Shown here in pieces: positions 9,110-18,406 of a stretch of DNA of 64,000 bases. Within the stretch, counting starts at the first letter, position 1. Each line of letters begins with the position of its first letter. Both the position numbers and the translations under genes were made by a program. The notes under the pieces are model-generated. The model was not told the origin of the DNA and ran no database searches. It saw only the letters and a list, made by a program, of their open reading frames with translations. Origin of the DNA: Anaeromyxobacteraceae bacterium (lineage in GTDB: Bacteria; Myxococcota; Myxococcia; Myxococcales; Anaeromyxobacteraceae); the NCBI GenBank assembly GCA_032654565.1, contig JAULAX010000007.1, positions 1-64,000 on the forward strand. The letters are read 5' to 3'.

Positions 9110-10485
9110 GCCGCCACGCCCGCCACCGGCCCCACGGCCACCGCCACCACGGCCGCGGCCGCTTCTTCTGGCGCGTCTACCTGAACGGCCTGCTGCTGCT
9201 GGTGCTGGTGGCGGCGGCGGTGGTGGCGGCCGGCGCGGTGATGGGGCCGCAGGGGCCGCCCATGCGGCCGGAGCGGATCGTCGAGTACGCCGCGGCCCAG
9301 ACCGCCGAGGCCCTCCACGACCCGGCCCGGCTCCACGCCATCCTGCGCCGGGCCCACGACGCCTTCGGCATCGAGGTGGCGGTCTTCGACGGCGACCGGC
9401 TGGTGGCCGCCAACGTCGAGCCGCCGCCGCCGCCGCTCCCCGCCGAGGACCGGCTCCGCCTCCAGGCCGGCGCCGCCTTCCGCATCCCGGGGCGGAGCTG
9501 GGCCTACGCCGCCCCGCTCCACGGCGCCCCCGGTGCCTACGCGGTGCTGGCCGGCGGCTGGCGCCCCTACCAGGTGACCCGGGTGGCGGTGGTGATCGGC
9601 GCGGTGCTGCTGGCCCTGGCCATCGCCTCGGTGCCGCTGGCCCGCGGCGTCACCGCTCCCATCGAGCGGCTCACGGTAGCGGTGCGGCGGCTGGGGGAGG
9701 GCGACCTCTCGGCCCGCGCCGGCCTCTGCGGCGGCGGCGAGGTGGGCGACCTGGGGCGGGCCTTCGACGAGATGGCCGGGCGGCTGGAGCGGCTGGTCCG
9801 CGCCGAGCGCGAGCTGCTGGCCAACGTCTCGCACGAGCTGCGCACCCCGCTGGCCCGCATCCGGGTGGCGCTGGAGCTGGCGGCCGAGGGCGACCAGGCC
9901 CGGGCCCGCCGCTACCTCTCCGAGATCGGCGCCGACCTGACCGAGCTGGAGCGGATGGTGGCCGACGTGCTCTCGGCGGCGCGGCTCGACCAGGCGGCCG
10001 GCGACCTGCCGCTGCGGCGCCAGCCGGTGGACCTGGCGGACCTGCTCGACGAGGCGGCGGCCCGCTTCCGCGAGCTGCGGCCCACGCGGACGCTGGCGCT
10101 GCGCGCCGAGCCGCTCCCCGGTCCGCTCGACGCCGACCCGGCCCTGCTGCGGCGGGCCCTCGACAACCTGCTCGACAACGCCGCCAAGTACTCGGCCGAG
10201 CCGGCCCCGGTGGAGCTCGGCGCCCGGGCCGAGGCCGGCGCCGTGGTCGTCGAGGTCCGCGACCAGGGCATCGGCATCGACGCCGCCGACCTGCCGCGCC
10301 TCTTCACGCCGTTCTTCCGCACCGACCGGAGCCGGGCCCGCGGCACCGGCGGCGTCGGGCTGGGGCTGGCGCTGGTGAAGCGGATCGTCGAGGCCCACGG
10401 CGGCACGGTGGAGGCGCAGAGCGACCCAGGCCAGGGGACCACCTTCCGGCTCCGGCTGCCGCTTGCAATCGTCAAGGTGGCCTGA
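9106..10485 (+). CDS. HAMP-domain sensor histidine kinase (probable CTG start)
   Basis: H-box SHELRTPL, N-box NLLDNAAKY, DQGIGI, GGVGLGL. The frame is open back to CTG 9106, which overlaps the regulator stop. Confidence 0.9.
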   Translation: MSRHARHRPHGHRHHGRGRFFWRVYLNGLLLLVLVAAAVVAAGAVMGPQGPPMRPERIVEYAAAQTAEALHDPARLHAILRRAHDAFGIEVAVFDGDRLVAANVEPPPPPLPAEDRLRLQAGAAFRIPGRSWAYAAPLHGAPGAYAVLAGGWRPYQVTRVAVVIGAVLLALAIASVPLARGVTAPIERLTVAVRRLGEGDLSARAGLCGGGEVGDLGRAFDEMAGRLERLVRAERELLANVSHELRTPLARIRVALELAAEGDQARARRYLSEIGADLTELERMVADVLSAARLDQAAGDLPLRRQPVDLADLLDEAAARFRELRPTRTLALRAEPLPGPLDADPALLRRALDNLLDNAAKYSAEPAPVELGARAEAGAVVVEVRDQGIGIDAADLPRLFTPFFRTDRSRARGTGGVGLGLALVKRIVEAHGGTVEAQSDPGQGTTFRLRLPLAIVKVA

Positions 10486-10510
10486 CACCTCCGGAGCGGG
10501 AGGGGTCTCC

Positions 10511-11842
10511 ATGCGCAGCGCCACCACGGCCCTCGTCGGGCTCCTCGTCGCGACCACGGCCGGGGGGACGCTCGCGGCCGAGCCGGCCCCCCGGGCCAAG
10601 CCGCTCCGCGTCGTCGTCCTCGACTTCGCCGTGCAGGGCGAGGCGGCCAAGGACCTCGGCCGCACGCTGGCCGAGGCCGCCGCCCACCAGGTCTCCGCCA
10701 TCGGCGGCTACCAGGTGCTGACCCAGGCCGAGGCCATCACCCAGCTCGGCGTCGAGCACCTGCGCCAGATGACCGGGTGCTCCGAGGACCGCTCCTGCAT
10801 GGCGGAGATCGCCGGGGCCCTCGACGCCGACCGGACCATGGGCGGCACCGTCACCCAGATCGGCGACGGCTTCCACGTCGCGGTCAGCCTCATCGACGCC
10901 CGCAAGGCCCTGACCATCCGCGGCGTCCGCGAGACGCTCCGCAACGCCGGGGCCGAGGAGCTGCTCGACGCCGCCCGGCGGCTGGCCCACCAGGCCGTCA
11001 CCGGCAAGCCGCTCGAGACCTCCGGCACCATCGACTTCGACGTGGCCGAGCCCGAGGCCCGCGTCCTCCTCGACGGCGTGGAGGTGGGCCGCGGCCCGCT
11101 CCGCCGCTCGCGGCGGGTGGGCGAGGGGACGCACAAGGTGATCGTCACCAAGGAGGGGTTCGCCACCTGGCAGACCGGGGTGCGGGTGGTCCCGGGCCAG
11201 ACCTCGCTGGTGGCCCCGGAGCTGGTGGCGCTCCCGCCCCAGGGCGGCGAGCGGCTGCAGGCCAACGCGGTGCGCGGGAGCGGCCCCTACCTGGAGGTCC
11301 GCGGGGGGATGGACCTGCTCACCCGCTACAAGGTGCAGGGGGCCATCGGGTGCACGGGCACCACCCAGGGCTCGGGCTGCACCAGCGGGGACGGCAGCGC
11401 CCGCTTCGGCTGGCGCCTCTCCCCGGCGTGGGCCGTGGAGGGGCTGGTCCGCTACATGGACATCAAGCAGAAGGGGGGGCCGAACAACGCCAGCACCCTG
11501 CTGACCGGTCGCCAGGCCGGGCTGGCCGTCGCCTGGTCGCCGTGGGAGTCGAGCGGCTTCGCCCTCGGCACCGCGCTGGAGCTGGGAGCGTCGCAGACCG
11601 CCTCGGGGGTGGCCTTCGACGCCGTCCAGGAGGTCAAGGTGATCCGCGTCGGGCCCTTCGCCCACCTGGAGCTCCGCCTCGACAAGGGCTGGGGCTGGTT
11701 CCAGCTCGGGCTCCGGGCCGGGCTCATGGCGCTGCCGACGCCGGCCGGGGTGACCGCCACCAACGGGGTGACCACCTACGCCATCCCGGCGCAGACCGCC
11801 GTCCTCGGGACCCTCGGGCTGGCGGCCCGGGCCTGGTTCTGA
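10511..11842 (+). CDS. exported PEGA-domain protein with probable C-terminal beta-barrel
   Basis: Signal peptide, VVVLDF...EIAGALDAD N-domain, PEGA-like segment (VLLDG..VG..P...GTHKVIVTKEGF), terminal Phe. Confidence 0.7.
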   Translation: MRSATTALVGLLVATTAGGTLAAEPAPRAKPLRVVVLDFAVQGEAAKDLGRTLAEAAAHQVSAIGGYQVLTQAEAITQLGVEHLRQMTGCSEDRSCMAEIAGALDADRTMGGTVTQIGDGFHVAVSLIDARKALTIRGVRETLRNAGAEELLDAARRLAHQAVTGKPLETSGTIDFDVAEPEARVLLDGVEVGRGPLRRSRRVGEGTHKVIVTKEGFATWQTGVRVVPGQTSLVAPELVALPPQGGERLQANAVRGSGPYLEVRGGMDLLTRYKVQGAIGCTGTTQGSGCTSGDGSARFGWRLSPAWAVEGLVRYMDIKQKGGPNNASTLLTGRQAGLAVAWSPWESSGFALGTALELGASQTASGVAFDAVQEVKVIRVGPFAHLELRLDKGWGWFQLGLRAGLMALPTPAGVTATNGVTTYAIPAQTAVLGTLGLAARAWF

Positions 11843-11941
11843 GCGGCGGGCGCTCGACGGCCTGACGGCGTGGCCGGACCGGACCTCCGCACTTCGTCTC
11901 GAGCGCCACCGGGAGGCGGTCGGGCAGCCATCCCTGGTGGC

Positions 11942-11981
11942 GGCAGAGGCCCCACCGGCGAATGCCGGTGAGGCCCCTGCC
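11942..11981 (-). terminator. hairpin 3' of tRNA-Arg(TCG), between convergent genes
   Basis: Minus strand GGCAGGGGCCTCACCGGC-attc-GCCGGTGGGGCCTCTGCC. The 18-bp stem pairs fully only on the minus strand (two G.U pairs). Confidence 0.6.
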
Positions 11982-11988
11982 TTCCCAG

Positions 11989-12062
11989 CGGGCCCTACAG
12001 GGATCGAACCTGTGGCCTTCGGATTCGAAGTCCGACGCTCTATCCAGCTGAGCTAAGGGCCC
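11989..12062 (-). tRNA. tRNA-Arg(TCG), CCA not encoded
   Basis: Cloverleaf with anticodon arm TCGGA-CT TCG AA-TCCGA and T-arm ACAGG-TTCGATC-CCTGT. Confidence 0.93.
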
Positions 12063-12116
12063 ATGAAGCGAAGCGCACCAGCGCCGCCCCCAACATCGGC
12101 GACCTCGCCGCCGAGG

Positions 12117-15100
12117 TCAACGCGAATGGCCGCGACGACGGCGCGGGTCCAGGAGCGACGACCTCCGGCCGCCGGGCCTGGCCCCCCAGAGCGCCAGAAG
12201 CAGCACCACGGCGAGCGATCCGCCGGGCGCCGCCGGGGAGGTGGAGCAGCCGCAGCCGGAGCTGGAGGCGGGTGGGGTGGAGGAGGTCGCGGCCGGGGTC
12301 ACGTCGACGATCAGCTCGCACTCCGGCGTGGTCCAGCTCCCGGACACCGCGCCGGAGCCGGCGCGCGCCCTCCAGAAGTAGTGGACGTCCTCCTCGAGCG
12401 CCGCTGTCACCTGCCACGAGGTGTAGCCGGGGCCAGCGGCGACGGCCCGCCCGGCGGCCACCAGGCTGGTCATGGCGGCGTCGCGGTGGAGCTCGAAGTC
12501 GTAGGTGAACGGGCTGCCGCCGAGGTCGATGGCGTTGGCCACCAGCAGCGTGGGGCGCGTGGTCGCCATCCGTGATCCGCAGGCCGGCGCCAGGAGCACG
12601 GGCAGGCCCGGTCCGGCCCAGCTGGCCGGGTCGGTCCCGGCCAGCAGCTCGTCACGGTTGGTGACGCCATCGTGGTCGGAGTCGGAGCTGCCGTCCTGCC
12701 CCGTGATGGTCCCGAAGTAGTGGACCTCCCAGCTGTCAGGCAGGCCGTCGGCGTCGGCGTCGATGAAGGCGACCGCGATCTCGAAGGACTGGCAGGTCTC
12801 GCCGCCGTCGCCGTCGGCGACGCAGAGGCTCACGGGGGCGGGGGCCGCCAGCTGGGCGAAGGTCGGCGACCACGCGAGCGTGCAGCCGGCCAGGGTGGCG
12901 CCGGCCGGCTTCACCGGCGCGGTGCAGGTCAGCACGTCGCCCACGCCCGGGTCGGTGGCGGTCAGGGTGTAGGCGTAGGCCGTTCCCTCGATGACCTCCC
13001 TGACCGGGGACGAGGTGATGGTCGGCGCGACGTTGAGCACGGTGACCGCCACGCTGGCGCTGCCGACGCCACCGTCATCGTCGGTGACGGTCAGCGTCGC
13101 GGCGTAGACGCCCTGGTTGGCGTAGGCGTGGGTCGCGACCAGCGTGGTGGCCGACTGCAGGTCGCCGAAGTCCCAGCTGGCGGTGTGGGTGTCGACGCGG
13201 CCCGGATCGGTCACGCCGCCGCGGAAGAGCACGGCCTCACCTTCGGCGACGGTGAGGTCGGCCCCCGGGAGGGCGACCGGGGGGAGGTTGGCGATGGTCA
13301 CCCGGGTGGTGGCCACCGAGGTGCCGGCGGCCGAGACGACGGTGAGCGACACGTCGAAGACCCCGTTGTCGGGGAAGGCGTAGTCGACCCGCCTCCCCTC
13401 ACGCACCTCGCCATTGCCGAAGCTCCAGGTGTAGGTCGCCGCGCCGGCGGCGTGGTTGATCCCCTCGAAGGTGATGGGGGTGCCCTCATCGGCCACCAGC
13501 GTCGAGGCGGTGATGCTGGCGACCGGGGCCATGCCCTCGGTGGAGAGCGTGATCAGCGCCCAGGCGGCGCGGCCTCGGGGGCCAAGGGCGTTGTCGCTCT
13601 GGTTGTTGAGCACGGGAGTGTAGGTCCAGATCCAGCCGCCGCTGGCCGCCTGGTTGAGGACGAGGTAGCGACCGAAGAGGCGGGCGTGGTCGTTGCCGCC
13701 GAAAGCGACGATCTGCGGCGTCACGGCGCGGGCGGCGCGGGTCCAGTGGAGCATCGACCAGTGATCGCCGTGGCCGTCGGTCCGGCCGAAGTCGGCCAAC
13801 CCGCTGGCGCCGGCCTCCACGAAGCCCATGTCCCAGCCGAAGCCTCCCGTGGAGGTCAGCAAGAAGGCGTTGCTGATGAACTGCAGGCTCTTGTCGTACT
13901 GGGTCCGCAGCTGACCGCGGGTCATGGCGGTGTAGCCGGGGAAGGCCAGGCGGAGGTCGCCCGTCGTGAAGTTGTTGGCCCCCAGCCAGCCCCAGGTGAG
14001 GACATGGGCGGCCGAGAGGGAGAAGTCGCAGACCCCGTCGAAGGCGCTGGTCCAGGTGCCACCCACGCCGCCCAGCGGACAGGGGTTGGCGTTGCCGAGG
14101 ATGTAGGTGGCCAGGCGGGTCTTCACCAGGTTGGGCACCACCACGCCGGCGCTCCCCAGCGAGCGCTCCACCTGCCAGAGCGCCTCGGCGGCGTCGAGCG
14201 TACCGCCGCTGTACTCGCCCAGCATGTCGGTGTTCTCGTTGGCCACGTAGTACCAGGCCCCGGGCGTGGTGCCCGCGTCGTTCTGGGCCCAGACCAGCGC
14301 GTCGACCAGCTGCTGGGCGATGAACTCGAAGCGCCGGCCCAGGATCCGGGTCGGGTCGCCCACCTGCGCCACGTACCCGGTCAAGTTGGCGAAGGAGAGG
14401 GCTCGCAGGAAGCCGGAGAGGGCGCCGTTCCACGGTTCACCAGGGGAGTTCACGACCATGATCCCGTAGCCGTCAGTGGTCCCTGGGATGCGCGTCCGCG
14501 CCACCTCCGGGTAGAAGCCGGTCAGGTTCGACTCGTCAGCCGCGGCGACCGAGACCACGCTGGCCTGCGCCAGGATGTAGTTCACCAGGCGCGCCGCGTC
14601 CTCGGCGTAGGGATCGGTGGCCCAGCGTGCGGCGTTGGCCGCCGGGTCCGGAAGCTCGCCGAGGTAGGCGGGCGGGAAGGCCGGGACGTGCTGGCTGCGC
14701 CCCAGCGCCTCGAGAAATGAGGTCCCCACCAGGTTCCTCTGGTTGGGCCACCCGGGGTTCCCATCGCTCCACGCGGTGACCTGCGCCCCGGTCTCCGGGT
14801 GCGCCTCGTCCCCAGCTCGCGTCAGCTGGGTGTGGAGGTACCAGAGCCCGTCGTCGATGGCCACGCTGCGCATCACCTGGAGCTGCCCGTCGGTCGCCAC
14901 CGCCGGGTCGGCCGGCACGTCGGCGAAGATCCGGACCGGGTAGGTGGCCGCGGCGACCTCACCGCCGGAGGTCACCCGGACCCTGGCCAGGAAGGTGGCG
15001 TCGGCGCCCTGGGGCGGGAAGGTGGAGCGCGCCGAGAGGTCGTAGCGGTCGGTGGTGGTCGCGGAGAAGTCGAAGACGCCGTCGCCGTCGAAGTCCCACT

Positions 15101-15284
15101 CCACCAGGTAGGTGCCATTGCCGCCCCGGGCGATGGCCTTGAAGGTGGTGGCGTGGCCGCTGTAGGCGAGGTGGGGGACTGAGGGATCGGTCGCCACCCA
15201 GGGGACCGGGATGACCTCGAGCGCCCCGGCCGCCGCAGCGTGAAGGACCAGCAGTGAGACGACCAGCAAGCGAGCGAAGATCAT
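12117..15284 (-). CDS. large secreted PKD/Ig-repeat protein with MYXO-CTERM-like anchor
   Basis: Signal peptide MIFARLLVVSLL; PKD motifs (WDFDGDG, WSFGNG, WDFGD); DADADGLPDSWE Ca-binding-like repeat; C-terminal SSGCGCS + TM + Arg. Confidence 0.8.
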   Translation of the reverse strand: MIFARLLVVSLLVLHAAAAGALEVIPVPWVATDPSVPHLAYSGHATTFKAIARGGNGTYLVEWDFDGDGVFDFSATTTDRYDLSARSTFPPQGADATFLARVRVTSGGEVAAATYPVRIFADVPADPAVATDGQLQVMRSVAIDDGLWYLHTQLTRAGDEAHPETGAQVTAWSDGNPGWPNQRNLVGTSFLEALGRSQHVPAFPPAYLGELPDPAANAARWATDPYAEDAARLVNYILAQASVVSVAAADESNLTGFYPEVARTRIPGTTDGYGIMVVNSPGEPWNGALSGFLRALSFANLTGYVAQVGDPTRILGRRFEFIAQQLVDALVWAQNDAGTTPGAWYYVANENTDMLGEYSGGTLDAAEALWQVERSLGSAGVVVPNLVKTRLATYILGNANPCPLGGVGGTWTSAFDGVCDFSLSAAHVLTWGWLGANNFTTGDLRLAFPGYTAMTRGQLRTQYDKSLQFISNAFLLTSTGGFGWDMGFVEAGASGLADFGRTDGHGDHWSMLHWTRAARAVTPQIVAFGGNDHARLFGRYLVLNQAASGGWIWTYTPVLNNQSDNALGPRGRAAWALITLSTEGMAPVASITASTLVADEGTPITFEGINHAAGAATYTWSFGNGEVREGRRVDYAFPDNGVFDVSLTVVSAAGTSVATTRVTIANLPPVALPGADLTVAEGEAVLFRGGVTDPGRVDTHTASWDFGDLQSATTLVATHAYANQGVYAATLTVTDDDGGVGSASVAVTVLNVAPTITSSPVREVIEGTAYAYTLTATDPGVGDVLTCTAPVKPAGATLAGCTLAWSPTFAQLAAPAPVSLCVADGDGGETCQSFEIAVAFIDADADGLPDSWEVHYFGTITGQDGSSDSDHDGVTNRDELLAGTDPASWAGPGLPVLLAPACGSRMATTRPTLLVANAIDLGGSPFTYDFELHRDAAMTSLVAAGRAVAAGPGYTSWQVTAALEEDVHYFWRARAGSGAVSGSWTTPECELIVDVTPAATSSTPPASSSGCGCSTSPAAPGGSLAVVLLLALWGARPGGRRSSLLDPRRRRGHSR

Positions 15285-15340
15285 CCACTCGCATAGATCT
15301 CCCCCGGCGGCATGTAAAGACGAACACCGCCGGCGAAAGG

Positions 15341-16147
15341 CTACGACGGCTGACGCAGCGCGGCGGTGAGCGCGGCCATCACCGCCGAGACCACCCGCTC
15401 CACCTGGGCGCGGGCCTCCTCGCTGAAGCTGTCGTCCTCCCCCTCCAGCAGGTCGAGCTGCTCGGCGGCGTAGGCGGCGAAGGCCGGCTGGGTGGTCTCC
15501 AGCGCCGGCGGCTCCCCCTCCAGCTCGCGCAGCGCGTGCCAGTCGGCGGCGGAGAGCCGGTCGCCGAAGGCGAGATCGAGCATCATCCACCCCTCGAAGC
15601 AGAGGTCGGTGGCCGAGAGCAGGCCGCTCTCCGGCAGGGGCACGGAGTCCAGCCAGGCGGCCAGGTCGGGCTGGACGTTGCTGAAGCGGTCGCGCCACCG
15701 CGCCAGCTCGCGCGGCGGGGCCGCTGCCAGCCAGCGCCAGGCCGTCTCGATCAGCTCGGGGGGCAGCTGGTCGCCGCGGGTCTCGCCGCGCGCCGGCAGC
15801 GGGGGAGGCGGTGGCGGCTCGGCCACCACCTCGGGGGCGTCGTCGTGCGGCCCCTGGCCCGCGGCCAGCCGCTCCCAGAGGCCGAAGAGGTTGCCGTAGA
15901 GCCGCCGGGCGTCCTCCGGCGAGGCGAAGCGCGGCTCGGCCTCGAAGAGCGCCGGGATGACGCTGGCCCGCGGCTCGCCCGCCGCCTGGGCCGCGGTGAA
16001 GCGGGCCGCCACCTCCTCGGCGGTGAGCGGGGCGCCGGCCCGGGCCAAGAGGGCGGTGAGCGCCTCCGGCCCCTCGTAGATGGGGGGCAGCCCGGCGGCG
16101 GCGCCGGTCCGCGCCCGGCCCCGCGCCCTGGGCGGGCGCCGGCTCAC
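15341..16147 (-). CDS. hypothetical protein
   Basis: GTG start overlapping the hydrolase stop (GTGA), typical GC3 bias, globular-looking sequence. Confidence 0.7.
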   Translation of the reverse strand: MSRRPPRARGRARTGAAAGLPPIYEGPEALTALLARAGAPLTAEEVAARFTAAQAAGEPRASVIPALFEAEPRFASPEDARRLYGNLFGLWERLAAGQGPHDDAPEVVAEPPPPPPLPARGETRGDQLPPELIETAWRWLAAAPPRELARWRDRFSNVQPDLAAWLDSVPLPESGLLSATDLCFEGWMMLDLAFGDRLSAADWHALRELEGEPPALETTQPAFAAYAAEQLDLLEGEDDSFSEEARAQVERVVSAVMAALTAALRQPS

Positions 16148-16935
16148 TCCGACAGCCCCGCCACGAACCGGGTCAGCACCTCGTTGAAGGCGGCCGGCTG
16201 CTCCAGGTTGGGCAGGTGGCCCGCCCCCTGGATCCGCTTGAGCACGGCGCCGCGGATCCCGGCCGCCAGCTTCTCGGCCTCGGCGGGCGGCGTCAGGCCG
16301 TCCTCCTCGCCCACCACCACCAGCGTCGGGCAGGTGATGGTGGCCAGCGTCGGCGTCGAGTCGGGGCGCAGCGCCATGCCGCGCTGGGCCGCCGCCACGC
16401 CCACCGGCGTGCCGCCGCCGATCAGGGTGCGCACCTCGGCCAGCGCCGCGGCGTCGGGCGACGGCTTGAGCAGCTTGGGCGCCATCTGCTCGGCCACCCA
16501 GTGGAGCCCCTGGGTCAGCGCCGACTTGGCGAAGGCCTCCCGTCCGGCCGCCCCCTCGGCGGTGTCGGCCCCGGCCTTGGTGTCGCAGAGCGCCAGCCCG
16601 GTGAAGAGGCCGGGCGCCTGCCGCCAGAGCTCCAGCGCCAGGTAGCCGCCCATGGAGAGGCCGACCACCGCCGCCCGCTCGATGCGCAGGTGGCCGAGCA
16701 GGGCCCGCACGTCGCTGGCCAGCAGCGGCATGGTGGAGGGTTCGGGCGACCCCCCGGTGCCGCCCAGGCCGCGGTAGTCGAGGGCGATGACCCGGTGGGT
16801 GGGGGAGAGCGCCTCCACCTGCCGGCTCCACATGCCGGAGTGGAGGGGGAAGGCGTGGAGCAGGACCACGGCGTGGGTGCCGCGGCCGGCGTCGCGCCAG
16901 TGGAGCTCGGTGCCGTTCAGGGAGGCGGTGGGCAT
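16144..16935 (-). CDS. alpha/beta-fold hydrolase (PcaD-like)
   Basis: LLHAFP, GLSMGG nucleophile elbow, GEED, AGHL. Confidence 0.9.
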   Translation of the reverse strand: MPTASLNGTELHWRDAGRGTHAVVLLHAFPLHSGMWSRQVEALSPTHRVIALDYRGLGGTGGSPEPSTMPLLASDVRALLGHLRIERAAVVGLSMGGYLALELWRQAPGLFTGLALCDTKAGADTAEGAAGREAFAKSALTQGLHWVAEQMAPKLLKPSPDAAALAEVRTLIGGGTPVGVAAAQRGMALRPDSTPTLATITCPTLVVVGEEDGLTPPAEAEKLAAGIRGAVLKRIQGAGHLPNLEQPAAFNEVLTRFVAGLSE

Positions 16936-16990
16936 GTGACGATGGTTAGCACTTCTCGCGTCCGGCGCCGACAACCCTTATGACAGGGGG

Positions 16991-18406
16991 ATGACCGCAC
17001 TCGACCGCTTCGGGGTGACCGAGCGGATGATCCGCGACACCTTGTCCACCGCCCTCTCCCGCGGCGGGGAGTTCGCCGACGTCTACTTCCAGCACGCCGT
17101 CTCCTCCGACATGGGGCTGGAGGACGGCGAGGTGAACCGGGCCCACGCCGGGGTGTCGATGGGGGTCGGGGTCCGGGTGGTGCGCGGCGACCAGACCGGC
17201 TACGGCTACACCGAGGACCTGGCCCTGCCGGCCCTGCTGGAGTGCGCCCGCACCGCCGCCGCCATCGCTGACGGCCCGGCCCGCCCCGGCCCCACCGCCC
17301 TGCACGTCGGCGCCGCCCACCCCGACCGCTACCCGCTGCGCCGCGCCTGGGAGGCGGTGCCCCCCGGCGAGCGCCGGCCGCTGCTGGCGGGCTTGAACGA
17401 GCGGGCCTTCGCCGCCGACCCGCGCATCCGGAAGGTCAACCTCCACCTGCGCAGCGAGGACAGCACCATCCTCATGGCCGACTCGGCGGGGCGGCTCTGC
17501 GAGGACCACCAGCCCATGACCGTGCTCTCCATCTCGGTGATGGCCGAGCAGGACGGCCGGCGCGAGCAGAACGGCTACAACGTGGCCGGCCGGGCCGGCT
17601 TCGAGTTCTACACCACGGATCGGCTCGACCGGCTGGTGCGCCAGGCCATCGACCGGACCACCATCCTCTTCGAGGCCGGGGCGCCGCCGGCCGGCGAGCT
17701 GCCGGTGGTGCTGGCGGCCGGCTCCTCCGGCATCCTGCTCCACGAGGCCATCGGCCACGGCATGGAGGCCGACTTCAACCGCAAGGGGACCAGCATCTAC
17801 GCCGACAAGCTGGGCAAGCCCATCGCCCGCCCCTTCGTAAGCATCGTCGACGACGCCACGCTCCCCGGCGCCCGCGGCGCCATCAACGTCGACGACGAGG
17901 GGAACGACGCCGGCCGCACCGTGCTGGTGCAGGACGGCGTGCTCACCTCCTACCTGCACGACGCCATCTCGGCCCGCCACTACGGCGTCGCCCCCACCGG
18001 CAACGGGCGGCGCCAGAGCTACCGCCACCCGCCGCTGCCGCGCATGCGCGCCACCTACATGCTCCCGGGCCCGCACCACCCCGACGAGATCATCGCCAGC
18101 GTCAAGCGCGGGCTCTACTGCCAGAACTTCTCCAACGGGCAGGTCAACATCGGCGGCGGCGACTTCACCTTCTACGTGAAGAACGGCTACCTCATCGAGG
18201 ACGGCAAGCTGACCCGGCCGGTCAAGGACGTCAACGTCATCGGCAACGGGCCCCGGGCCCTGGAGCAGGTGGACATGGTGGGCGACGACCTGGAGATCGA
18301 CGAGGGCGGCTGGACCTGCGGCAAGGACGGCCAGAGCGTGCCGGTCTCGCAGGGGCTGCCCACGGTGCGGGTCTCCCGCCTGACGGTGGGCGGGAGGGGG
18401 GCGTGA
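16991..18406 (+). CDS. tldD: TldD-family metalloprotease
   Basis: HEAIGHGMEAD, TGNGRRQSY, PRM, WTCGKDGQSVPV. Confidence 0.92.
   Translation: MTALDRFGVTERMIRDTLSTALSRGGEFADVYFQHAVSSDMGLEDGEVNRAHAGVSMGVGVRVVRGDQTGYGYTEDLALPALLECARTAAAIADGPARPGPTALHVGAAHPDRYPLRRAWEAVPPGERRPLLAGLNERAFAADPRIRKVNLHLRSEDSTILMADSAGRLCEDHQPMTVLSISVMAEQDGRREQNGYNVAGRAGFEFYTTDRLDRLVRQAIDRTTILFEAGAPPAGELPVVLAAGSSGILLHEAIGHGMEADFNRKGTSIYADKLGKPIARPFVSIVDDATLPGARGAINVDDEGNDAGRTVLVQDGVLTSYLHDAISARHYGVAPTGNGRRQSYRHPPLPRMRATYMLPGPHHPDEIIASVKRGLYCQNFSNGQVNIGGGDFTFYVKNGYLIEDGKLTRPVKDVNVIGNGPRALEQVDMVGDDLEIDEGGWTCGKDGQSVPVSQGLPTVRVSRLTVGGRGA

Noticed and set aside
14..12062. Two near-identical tRNA-Arg sequences in direct orientation as attL/attR of an island
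   Set aside because: Both are full-length tRNAs with compensatory changes, the interval contains essential serS and tRNAs, and there is no integrase.
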